Shown piece after piece: positions 1-10,855 of a stretch of 64,000 nucleotides of DNA. How positions within the stretch are numbered: position 1 is the first letter of the stretch; every line of letters starts with the position of its first letter. Under the pieces are notes generated by a model, which had not been told where the DNA came from, searched no databases, and was given only the letters and a program-made list of their open reading frames with translations. Origin of the DNA: Eledone cirrhosa (taxonomy: Eukaryota); the NCBI GenBank assembly GCA_964016885.1, contig OZ024753.1, forward strand, positions 28,892,001 through 28,956,000, written 5' to 3'. Position numbers and translations under genes: made by a program.

Positions 1-162
1 TGGCTTGCTTAAATGGTTTTAATGCTAGATCCATTCAGTCGGGATTGGCTTGGGACTAATCAATGACTTGATCCTCTATTGGTTTCAATGACAAGTATTT
101 CAGTTGTTCAATCAACTGATTATATGTCCAGGAAATTATATTTTAAATATGTACCTATTCCA

Positions 163-490
163 GGTGGTGTAATGCCAGTCATTAGAACGTTGCATAGAAT
201 GCTTTATGGTATTCGTTCCACCTCTCTACTCTCTGAGTTCAAATCCTGCCAAGCTCAACATTGCCCTTCATCCTTTCGAGCTCGATAAAGAAAAGTACCA
301 GTCTAGTACTGGGGTCGATTCTTCCTCTATATCTCTTTCTCATTTCCTCTCTCTCACTTTCTATCTTTCTCTGGAAGAAATTTGCTGCACTCAGGCTTGG
401 AGAGATGGGCTCTGCCAGGCTTAAAATACCCAAGAAACCCGTATATCAATACGATGCCCCTACGACGCTATTAGGAGTTATGGGACCATA
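163..490 (+). mobile_element. tRNA-derived SINE (head, GCCTTTCATCCTTTCG core) plus 3' extension; paralogue at 24610-24930
   Basis: B-box-like GAGTTCAAATCC, core TTGCCCTTCATCCTTTCGAGCTCGATAAAG..AAGTACCAG..ACTGGGGTCGATT. Colinear with 24610-24930. The tail part recurs at 33133-33350. Confidence 0.75.
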
Positions 491-884
491 CATGCCTCTT
501 TCATAGACACTTATACACTTACTCAATTTGAAATTCAAGGCATTCCATTCTACGATTATCCATACATTTTCTCTCTGCATAATTTTTCTCACAACCCAAG
601 TTTATAGTAGGTTCTTGTCCTAGGCTTACCATGTGATAAAAACTGGAGTACTACATTATACCTTATTCCTTCTCACTGGGTTGTCCCATCCCAACTTGCC
701 TCAAATTGGCAACCCATGCTAGCGTGAGATGTGGACAGTAAGCGATGATGATGATGACAATGATGATCTCATTCCTTCTCACCATAATATATTTATGGTT
801 GTTGCCTAGTTGCCTAAATCAGAAATAACATAGTCTAACACTCTTGACTTTAGCCATTGCAGTTAAATAGTGATTGCTGAAGAG

Positions 885-1400
885 AGAGTGAGGGGCTGAG
901 AGAGAGAGTGTGTATGTGAGGGGTTGAGAGAGAGAGTGTGTATGTGAGGGGTTGAGAGAGAGAGTGTGTGTGTGTGAGGAGTTGAGAGAGAGAGAGTGTG
1001 TGTGTGTGTGAGGGGCTGAGAGAGAGAGTGTGTGTGTGGGGTGGGTGGGGTGAGGGAGAGAAATAGAGAGTCTGAAGGTGTGTTTATTGCAGATGTTCAA
1101 TACATCACTGAACTTCAATGTCTTGCTGCTGAAATAATTGAAAATAATTTTGGTCACTGTCACCATCAGCAGCATCACCATCACCAGCATCATCAACATC
1201 ATCATAAACAGTTGCTGCATAATCCTCATTTAAATCTCTGAGTGGAGTAATTCAGCCATATAATTCCTCCCTCCCCCACACATACACCATACACACACAC
1301 ATACCACACACACACACCACACATACACCACATACATACCACACATACCACACACACACCACACACACACACACACACACATGCATATACCATACACGCA
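885..1400. repeat. Compound (GA)n/(GT)n, (CAT/CAG)n and (CA)n microsatellites
   Basis: Directly visible low-complexity tracts. Confidence 0.9.
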
Positions 1401-1801
1401 CAATATTGCAATTTGGTTGAGCTATTTATATCTTATATCTACCTTGCTCAGAATAACTCTTTCTACAATAAGGAAATTGGTTATTTTTATGTAGGAAATC
1501 TTCATCAATGTAAATGTACATTTTGGATATTGCAACAAAATTTTGTGCAAGTACATTTTTACCGTATAAATATTCATAGACTCTTTTCCGGTTCTAAAAC
1601 TAGTTGATGTCTATGTAGACAGTGTTGTAAGTGAAGAAATAAGCTTTTCAGAATCCAATTTTGTAAACAACCTAATTTTAATTATTAGTCACAGCGAAGT
1701 CATTTTACTCAGGTCTTACAAAAATCAAACTAAATCAAATCAGGGACTACAAATGGCCGAGCCAATAGATTACTAAACAACCAGTTAAATCTAATGCCTT
1801 G

Positions 1802-1838
<37 letters not shown>

Positions 1839-2020
1839 TGTTTAATATCCATTTTCCATGCTAGCATGGGTAGGATGGGCTGTCTCTATATGAGAGATCA
1901 GCTGTGATTTCTGATTCGCTCAAGCAGAACTGGTTTTGGCTTGGTTTCTATGGCTGGATGGTAGGGTGTAACTTTGGGGGAGATTTGGCTGCTATTTCTG
2001 ACAGGTCTTGTGATCTTTAG

Positions 2021-2238
2021 CCCTTTAGCATTTAAATTGGCCATATCCAGCCAGAATTCTCTCACCCCTTTCTGTTCAAACCAGTCGTAACTGGCTGCTC
2101 ATACTGACGTTAAGGTATTGTTCTCAAAATAAATAATATAAAAATCTCATAAATTCAATATGATGCGAGATAATTATGTAAGGTGAAGCCTTTTCTGTGA
2201 AAATACAGTAAATATAGAGTACTCTGAATTCTAAAGCG
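2021..2238. mobile_element. piggyBac-like MITE (~220 bp), copy 1
   Basis: Ends CCCTTTAGCATT...AATTCTAAAGCG followed by TTAA. Near-colinear with 20953-21170. Confidence 0.6.
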
Positions 2239-2414
2239 TTAAAGGTTCCTATGTTGGTTTATATTGTATATAAGCAGAAGAGGATTTAGAGATTCATGAG
2301 GTAAATAGGAAATAAGATAATGTAAATATCTTTGAAGGTATGTTTAGAAAATAGCAGAATTTGAAAGTTGAATTAGATTTTGCTGTAACTTTGACTAAAT
2401 AAAGTCCAAAAATG

Positions 2415-2845
2415 GTTTCTGATTTAGGCACAAGGTAAGCAATTTTGGGGGAGGGGAAAGTCGATTAAATTGACCTCAGTGCATGACTGGTACTTTATTT
2501 TAACAACCCCGTAAGGATGAAAGGCAAAGCTAACTTTGGTGGGATTTGAACTCAGAACGTAAAAGGACATAACTCTATACCATGAAGCAGGGTGTCCATT
2601 GCGCTACCGATACTGCCAATCCACTGCCCTTGCCTACTCTAATAATTGTTTTTACTTTTGGCACAAGGCCAACAATTATCCCAGTGCATTACTGGTACTT
2701 TATTTTATCGACCCCCGTAAGGATGAAATGCAAAGCAAACCTTGGCAGGATTTGAACCCAGAACGTAAAGGGCCGTAACTCTATGTTGTGAAGCAGGGTG
2801 TCCAATGTTCTACCGATACTGCCAATCCACTATTCTCACCTAGTC
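2415..2845 (-). mobile_element. Two tandem tRNA-derived SINE copies
   Basis: Two colinear ~210-bp units (2415-2630, 2645-2845). Each has a reverse B-box GGATTTGAACYCAG and core CTGGTACTT..CCCCGTAAGGATGAAA. Same family as 20450-20810. Confidence 0.8.
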
Positions 2846-3364
2846 TAATAATAAACAGAAAAAGATGCCCATCTTTTCCCTGTCAGTGGGTTTACATTCC
2901 TCATTATTATTAGGCTATTTCATTGAGTCAAAATTATGACAAAATTTTCTAATTCAATTTTAGTTAATATCTTTCTTAATAGTATTAGGGATGGGAACAA
3001 AAATCAATTTCACTTAATATTTAATCAATAAAAAACTATAATTAATTGATTAATCTATTTGATGATTAACAAGTGAAATGTCAAACACCTCCCACCATCA
3101 CCCATATAATTAAAAAGGAGCAATAGTAGTGTTACTTTTAGTAGTAGCATGAATATACCTTACCACTACACAAGTTCTATTACAGTAAAACACACACGTA
3201 CATGCACACACACACACACACTCACTCACTCATTCTTGTACAATTCTACAGTGAACCACATTTTTAATTGAAGTCTTGTAGGTGCAATAGATAAATTGCA
3301 TACTGGTTCTTCAAGTATTTTCTTGGTAAAGGGCAAGGCATATACACTAATATATATATATATA

Positions 3365-5770
3365 CATCATCATCATCATCATCATCGGGTTTAGCGTCCG
3401 TGTTCCACGCTTGCATGGGTTTGGACGGGGGTTTTCCCACTTGAGGCAAGAATGGTTGTCTTGCTCGCATAGGACTGTCTGGCGGGTTTTCTACAGCTGG
3501 ATGCCCTTCCTAACACCAACCACATTTACAGTGTGGGGCTGGGAGGTTTTTACCGTGTTGCCTACACGGCCACATTTACAGCGTGGACTGTGTGTTTTTT
3601 TGTCGTGACACCTACACGATCTCATTTGTTTCGGCCTGGATGTTGTGGGACCAACATAACTTTACATTGAAAGGGGCGGTGTGGATGGGGTGGAGGTGGT
3701 GGGACGGGGGTGTGTTTTGATAGAGATGCCTACTGACTGTAGTAGGTTTTCACTTTGTATTTAGGTAAGGCGGGTCTTCTCTATTACTGAGTACCGCCAA
3801 AGGTCTCGGTCCAGTGACATTGTCTTGGAGAGGTGTAAGCGTGTGAGGTCGGAATTTATCATGTCGTCCCAGGTTTTTCTGGGTCTGCCTACTCCGTGGC
3901 TACCCTCTATCTTTATTGCCCTGCACTTTGTTATACAGCTGTCGTCTTTCATGCGCATCACGTGACCGTACCAACGTAGCCTTCTCTCGAGTAAACAACA
4001 TCTGATCCCTCTTATTTCTAATTTTTTCCTTAGTACGTTTATGCTTTGCCGTTCACGTATATTACTATTGCACATCCAGCGGAGCATGCAAGCTTCGTTC
4101 CTCTCTAGTCTGCGTATATCCTCTGCACACAATGCCCAGGTCTCACTGCCATGCAGCATTGCTGTTCGTATGCAGGCATCGTATAACCTGCCTTTCATTT
4201 TTAGGGAGAACCCTCTAGCGGCTAATAGTGGTATAAGCTCTCTGAACTTTTTCCATCCAGTTCTGACTCTAGCTACTGTACTTTCAGAGCACCCTCCCCC
4301 ACTGCTGATTTTGTCACCCAGGTAACGGAAGCTGTCCACTATTTCTATAGAACCCTCTGCGCAGTTGAAGGAGCTAGTATTTTGTGGGCACTTGCTGCTA
4401 CTTATTGCACCAGAGCACCGGCCACATGTAAAATCTATGTTCTTAGTTAGCTTACCTGTGATCCCACTACATCTTTTATGCACCCATACTTTGCATTTGG
4501 GACATAAAATGGAGTTTCTACCTACGCCTTTCCTACACACTGAGCATGGCCATTTCCCAGAAGGGACCGCCACCTTATTTTCTTTCCTACAAACTAGAAC
4601 TTTAGTCTTAGCCAGGTTAATTTTAAGGCCTTTTGATTCTAGGCCGTGCTTCCATGTTTGGAATTTCTTCTCTAGTTCGGTCATTGATTCAGCTATGAGC
4701 GTTAGATCATCTGCGTATAGGAGTTCCCATGGGCAGCCGGTCTTGAACTCCTCTGTTATAGCCTGAAGGGCAATAATAAATAGTAGGGGGCTAAGAACAG
4801 AGCCCTGATGGACACCAACTTTTACGCTAAACTCTTCACTATATTCGTTGTTAATTCTAACCTTACTGACTGTTTCTTTATACATGGCTTGTATAGCTCT
4901 CACAAGCCATTCGTCAACACCTAGTTTTCTAAGAGACCACCAGATAATGGAACGGGGGACTCTGTCGAAGGCTTTCTCCAAGTCGACGAAAGCTAAGTAT
5001 AGGGGTTTACTTTTAGCTAGGTACTTCTCCTGTAGTTGTCGTACGATGAAAAGAGCATCTGTGGTACTTTTGCCTGACACAAACCCGAACTGCATTTCAT
5101 CTAGATCAATTCTCTCTCTGATTAGTTGCGCTATTACTTTTTCTGTGACCTTCATGACCTGGTCGATTAATTTAATGCCTCTATAGTTACTCCTATCTAG
5201 GGCATCTCCTTTTCCCTTATAGCAGTTAACGATGATGCTGCTACGCCAGTCCTTCGGAACAACCCCATTCTGTACGACTTGGTTAACTATCCGGGTGACC
5301 ATGGTGTGTCCCACCGAACCAGATGCCTTCAGCATCTCAGCAACTATTTCCGAAGGACCAGCCGCCTTACCCGTCTTCATATCTTTGATTGCCTTGCTTA
5401 TTGTACTACCCTGGACTAACACTGCTGGTCCCTCTATTGGGTCGATGTGGGGGAGACTGTCTTTCTCCCATTTGTTCTCCTCATTTAGAAGCCTTTCGTA
5501 GTGACACTTCCAAGTTACCTTCTTATCAGTATCGGTGATGGCAAGTATGCCATCATCGTTAAGTACACACTTCTCCCCGACAATATCACGGTTTTCCTTG
5601 ACACATTGCCTGGCAATCCTGAACACCTCACGTTTTTGGTCCTCACGTTGTAGAACATGCTTGAACTTTCTTTCCTCTGCTTCCCTTCTTGCGAAGTACA
5701 CTTGTCTCCTAGCTTCCCTCCTGGCCACTTGATAGTCTTCTCTACTTCCCCCATCCCGCCATACTTTCCA
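3365..5770 (-). mobile_element. RTE-clade LINE, 5'-truncated, with intact RT-to-stop ORF, 3' UTR and (GAT)n tail
   Basis: ORF 3761-5893 has KGKGD..NYRGIKL, QFGF, FVDLEKAFDRV, GVHQGSVLSPLLF, YADD, FRYLG, MLHGSETW, RLRWYGHV, GRPRKTW. Homology to the other copy starts at ~5770. Tail is (CAT)n on + at 3365-3386, next to (TA)n. Confidence 0.95.
3761..5770 (-). CDS. RTE ORF2 fragment: reverse transcriptase with embedded PHD finger (APE endonuclease missing)
   Basis: Uninterrupted frame. C4HC3 pattern CSVC..CPKC..H..C..CGRC at 4415-4552, between YADD and FRYLG. The first ~40 aa of the listed 710-aa ORF are non-element sequence. Confidence 0.85.
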   Translation of the reverse strand, partial: WKVWRDGGSREDYQVARREARRQVYFARREAEERKFKHVLQREDQKREVFRIARQCVKENRDIVGEKCVLNDDGILAITDTDKKVTWKCHYERLLNEENKWEKDSLPHIDPIEGPAVLVQGSTISKAIKDMKTGKAAGPSEIVAEMLKASGSVGHTMVTRIVNQVVQNGVVPKDWRSSIIVNCYKGKGDALDRSNYRGIKLIDQVMKVTEKVIAQLIRERIDLDEMQFGFVSGKSTTDALFIVRQLQEKYLAKSKPLYLAFVDLEKAFDRVPRSIIWWSLRKLGVDEWLVRAIQAMYKETVSKVRINNEYSEEFSVKVGVHQGSVLSPLLFIIALQAITEEFKTGCPWELLYADDLTLIAESMTELEKKFQTWKHGLESKGLKINLAKTKVLVCRKENKVAVPSGKWPCSVCRKGVGRNSILCPKCKVWVHKRCSGITGKLTKNIDFTCGRCSGAISSSKCPQNTSSFNCAEGSIEIVDSFRYLGDKISSGGGCSESTVARVRTGWKKFRELIPLLAARGFSLKMKGRLYDACIRTAMLHGSETWALCAEDIRRLERNEACMLRWMCNSNIRERQSINVLRKKLEIRGIRCCLLERRLRWYGHVMRMKDDSCITKCRAIKIEGSHGVGRPRKTWDDMINSDLTRLHLSKTMSLDRDLWRYSVIEKTRLT

Positions 5771-6092
5771 GGTGGCTGCCAACTCGTTTTCGAGTACGGC
5801 CACTACTTTATATCCATGCAGGAGAACCCCTACTGATGTGCTGAACGAGTGTGACTTTTTAGTCCAGCCAGCGACTTGAAAACTCTGGTACAAACACTAC
5901 ACTTGTGACAATTATTGTCCCACTCTCTTAACCAAGATGATATTTACCAAAAAGAACAAGTCAACATCATTGGATACCATCAGGGTTGCAGGTGTTATAT
6001 CAGTTTTCCTTCTCCTAGAATTGGTAACATGTAACATGTATTCCAGTACAACCTGTCCCATATATATATATACATACATACATATATATATA

Positions 6093-6277
6093 TAGTGGCA
6101 GAACACTGGTGGGTTATATCTGCAGTAGTAGAACACTCAGTCCATGGGACGAATTTGGTAGAAGTAGTTCCACAGCAGTTAGTATACCATTTCCAAGAAC
6201 AATTTGTTTCACCTCAATCTGATCATCAACAAATTGTTCTCGGAAAAGGTGTACTAACTGTTGTGAAACTACTTCTA
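6093..6277 (-). mobile_element. Mini Penelope-like 3'-end foldback (family C) with damaged minimal hammerhead
   Basis: Imperfect inverted repeat ~6160-6208/6228-6277. Minus strand reads TTGATGA-TCAGATTGAGGT-GAAA-CAAATTG-TT. The tail matches 22860-22945. Abuts (TA)n. Confidence 0.6.
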
Positions 6278-6415
6278 TCATCATCATCGTCATCGTCATC
6301 ATCGTTTAACGTCTATCTTCCACGCTAGCATGGGTTAGATAGGAATTGTCCCACTTGAGGTAAGATTGGTTAGGAAACCATGTCTTGCTCATATAGGACT
6401 GTATCTGGCAGGTTT
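6278..6415 (-). mobile_element. Short RTE 3'-tail insertion
   Basis: (CAT)n + CGTTTAACGTC..TTCCACGCTAGCATGGGTT..CCCACTTGAGG matches the 3' end of the RTE at 3365-3490. Confidence 0.8.
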
Positions 6416-7903
6416 TCTCTCTCTCTATATATATATATTAATTAAATGTTAATTAGTTTCTAATACCTAAACATCTCAATGAAAGAAATCTCTGAGAAGC
6501 AATAAGAATTCTTCTCTATATGAAACCATGGTAAGGAAGTGCATATATAAGTGATATTAGATAGAATATTTTTTCATCTATCTTGTTTGTACTCCCATGA
6601 TTAGAGTTTTTTCTCATTTAATATATACATATCATCATCGCCATCATCAATGTTTTACCTCCATTTTTCCATGCTAGGAGAAAGTTGTAGTTTGCTATAT
6701 ATATTCAAGCAGGCACACACGCACACCTTGTCTCATAGATAGCAATTAAACAGATGGTCAGTGCTACTATACTAGACACATTGTATGCATATTTATGAGT
6801 GTATGAAATCAGAAATATGAGGGAGACCATGATATAATTCTGACTCTTATATTTGATATTGTGTAAAATAGGAGGGTAAGATTTACAGGCCATTTCCAGC
6901 ACACTTCAAATGAACCCGTGTCTGTTTTAGTGCCTTAGAAACCAACATCTGTCACAAACCAAAGAGGTTACAAGCTCCCCTATCTAGATGTCATAACCAG
7001 AGACTCTGCTATTGATGTTTGGGATTTAGGCAATGCAATGAGCAACAGGCTTACCTGGAGGTCGATCATTATGACTATTTGAAATCTGCCTTTAAATTAC
7101 ACCCATAAAAAAGGCAAGAAAACATAGTCAATAGGTGTATTATGTCTGGAAAATAAAATGATATATTAAGTTAAAACGTTTTTGATCATAAGTATATTAG
7201 ATCTGGGCTGATCTCACCTGGAACATAAATAGCCATCAGGATCAAAAACACAATATTCTAGAGTAGGAGTAACAATAAACTATATAACAAACATGAAGTT
7301 TGAAGGCCACTAAGCGAGCTGTAATGTGTCACTTTATTTATTTATCTGTCCTGATATTTCGAGATAAAATATCTTCTTTGGGGGTTTATAACAAGTGACC
7401 CGATCTCCATCATTTACAAAAGGTTCATAAAACTTACTCTTAGATATGTTTCAGAATATCACCACCCCGCTTTTGGTGATAGGAAGGGCAGCCAGCTGTA
7501 GAAAACCTGCCAAACAAAGAATTAGGAGGACTCTTGTGTTGCCTCAAAGACATGACAACCTTCCTTATGCTGGTGCCATGATGAAATACATTTGATAGAG
7601 GATGGGAATGTGAGATGGATTCTCCCCCACTGGTCCATCTGAGAGGTCAATAACACTGCTTGAATGCTAAAGTGTTCAACTCTTGCTAGCAGCAAAAACA
7701 GACAAAACAGACATTAAATGATGATGATAAATATACATAAATGACAGATGAATCTCCATCTGGAGAAGATAACAACTTATGGCTGATGATGATATATTTA
7801 TTCTTGACAGCTTCGTGAACCAATGACAGAGTTAATTGATTTGGGTCTGCTCAGAGAACGAACAAAACATATGAGCAAGTGTAGTCTGGCTTCAGAACAT
7901 CAC

Positions 7904-7941
7904 TGTGTGTGTGTACATATATATATATATGTGTGTGTATA

Positions 7942-7988
<47 letters not shown>

Positions 7989-8095
7989 ATATATATGTGT
8001 GTGTGTATATATATGTGTGTGTGTGTGTATATATATGTGTGTGTATATATATATATATGTGTGTGTGTATATATATGTGTGTGTGTGTATATATA

Positions 8096-8180
<85 letters not shown>

Positions 8181-8253
8181 ATATATATATGTGTGTGTAT
8201 ATATGTATATGTGTGTGTGTGTGTATATATGTATGTGTGTGTGTGTACATATG

Positions 8254-8295
<42 letters not shown>

Positions 8296-8319
8296 TATAT
8301 GTGTGTGTGTATATATATG
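7904..8319. repeat. (TA)n/(TG)n compound microsatellite
   Basis: Directly visible. Confidence 0.95.
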
Positions 8320-8835
8320 TCGGGTCACTCTCGAGTGCTAAAGGTAACATGAAACCCAGTACAACCAGTCTCATGATTGGGTCGTCGGTGACTAAACCGG
8401 CAACCCCACCAAGCTTGCTTGGTGAAGAGGCTGATATTTAGACACCCTGAGAGATGAAATACAAGACCCGGCGAAGGGCAGAGGAACTCAGCAGAGTCAA
8501 CGACCATCCAAATAGTAATTTTTTTTTTTTTTACCTGGGAGTGAAAGGCCTACAGTTGTTATCACAAAACCTTTCTAAGAGAAGGAAACTCTAAAATAAA
8601 AAAATGCGGCTTTGGAAACATCCGATGATGTTGACCAGTTCTCCTTTTCAGATAGTGTTTTCGATGCTCAGAGAGTGGGATTAGTCGAGTGCAAGGCCTT
8701 TCCCCACTTAAAAAACTTTCAGAGCACAGGTATTGTTTGCTCCGAATCTGTTAACAGGTTCGTGTGGCTGGGTGTACCATTTTCTGTAATTTGACAGGCA
8801 ATTACAATACTCTTAACAGAGTTTGCAGCCATCAT
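8320..8835 (+). mobile_element. Probable LINE (RTE-like) 5' UTR fragment
   Basis: GC-richer block bounded by TA/TG tracts. Contains GAAGGAAACTCT and GGCGAAGGGCAGAGGAAC..GTCAACGACCATCC, reminiscent of RTE 5' UTRs. No ORF support. Confidence 0.3.
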
Positions 8836-9099
8836 CTATATATATGTGTATATAGAAAAGTTCAGACAAGTTGAGAAAACAACTATATACTTGGCAAAGT
8901 GGGGGTTGAGCACAATGTGAGTTGATAATCAGGAGGTGTGAAGGATGTAGAGAATCTGGAGTTAATCCAATGTTTATAGTCGACTTACTGCATGGTTATA
9001 GTATTCACAGAGCGTATATATATAAAAGGCAACTTATATGTATGTATATGTATGTATATATGTATGTATATATATATATATATATATATAATCATACAT

Positions 9100-9138
<39 letters not shown>

Positions 9139-9283
9139 GTGTTTCTGAGGATAGACAGCCGAGTGAATGTTGCATGACTGCCATTGATTGATCTGCACAT
9201 TGCTAACTTAGATCTCTAAAACAATCATAAAAACAATTGATTAATTAGCTACTTCGCTTTGTCTAATTTTTCCATTGTTTAAT

Positions 9284-9334
<51 letters not shown>

Positions 9335-9429
9335 GTAATAATAATAAATTTGAAGACTAAAATCCAAAGAGGGCTCGATAAGGGTGAAAGCAGCGATTCT
9401 TTGCTTAAACTTTAATCTGTTATTTTAAA

Positions 9430-9815
<386 letters not shown>

Positions 9816-9866
9816 CAGAAGAACAAGTCATGAAGACAAACTGACCCAAGTTTGATAAATAAGATA

Positions 9867-10668
9867 TATTTATCAAACTTGGGTCAGTTTGTCTTCATGA
9901 CTTGTTCTTTCAATCTCACTCGATAAACCCGCCATTGGCTTTGATGACGGCCTCAAGGCGGCCTCGGAACTGGCTACAAGCCTTCGTCACTGTCCTCCGA
10001 CTTAGGCCCCTAAAGGCACTTGTGATCCTGGCCTTCAGATCGTCTTTCGTATTGCAGCTAGATCTGTTGGTGAATTGTCCCACTGCGCCCCACACAAAGA
10101 AGTCGAGAGGGTTGCAGTCAGGCGAGCCGGGAGGCCAGATGTCAGGTGAACTGTGGTCAACAAAGTTCTCTGACAGCCAGGCTTGGGTCTTTCGGCTGGT
10201 ATGACAGGGTACTGAGTCTTGCTGCCACACGTACGGCCTACCTGCAGCTACCTGGTCGATCCAGGGCTTTACTACCTCGCTCAGAACGCAGATGTAGCCA
10301 TCGGTGTTCAGCTTGAGGCCCTCAGGGAAGAAGTGAAGTGGCATGACGGCACCTAAGACCAATGTTGTCACTGGAAACTTTGTCTGCATGACTCTGGGCA
10401 CGTCTTTGGATGAGACAGCGAGCCACCTGTTGTTCTGGGAGTTGATCTTCTGGTCTTATTTGTCCTCCCGGCGCGGATTCCAAGAAGAACTCCGTGTCTC
10501 TTCCACAAATTTGGAGGTTCAAAATTATTCATAATCGATTATTCTGAAAATAAATAATGGAAATATAGTCACTGTTTTTATGAAGACAAGAGTGACAACA
10601 GAAGCAAAAAAAAATTTGCATAAAATTAGCAGTTGAAAATTGCGAACAAATATCGTCCACACCCTGTA
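9867..10668 (-). mobile_element. Tc1/mariner superfamily remnant, DD37D (maT-type) transposase pseudogene with one TIR
   Basis: WQQDSVPCH...WPPGSPDCNPLDFFVWG has 37 residues between the 2nd and 3rd D. C-terminus FRGRLEAVIKANGGFIE. Frameshifted N-terminal part. Terminus TA|CAGGGTGTGGACGATATTT on - at ~10648-10668. Confidence 0.85.
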
Positions 10669-10855
10669 TATATGTATATGTATATATATATGTATATGTA
10701 TATATATGTGTATATATGTGTATATATATATATATATGTTAATATATATATGTATATATATATGTATATGTATATATATGTGTATATATGTGTATATATA
10801 TATGTTAATATATATATGTATATATATATGTTAATATATATATATATGTATATAT

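Noticed and set aside
5771-5893. N-terminus of a full-length 710-aa RTE protein
   Set aside because: Homology to RTE copy 2 begins at ~5770. The upstream codons are flanking DNA that happens to be open, and no APE domain is present.
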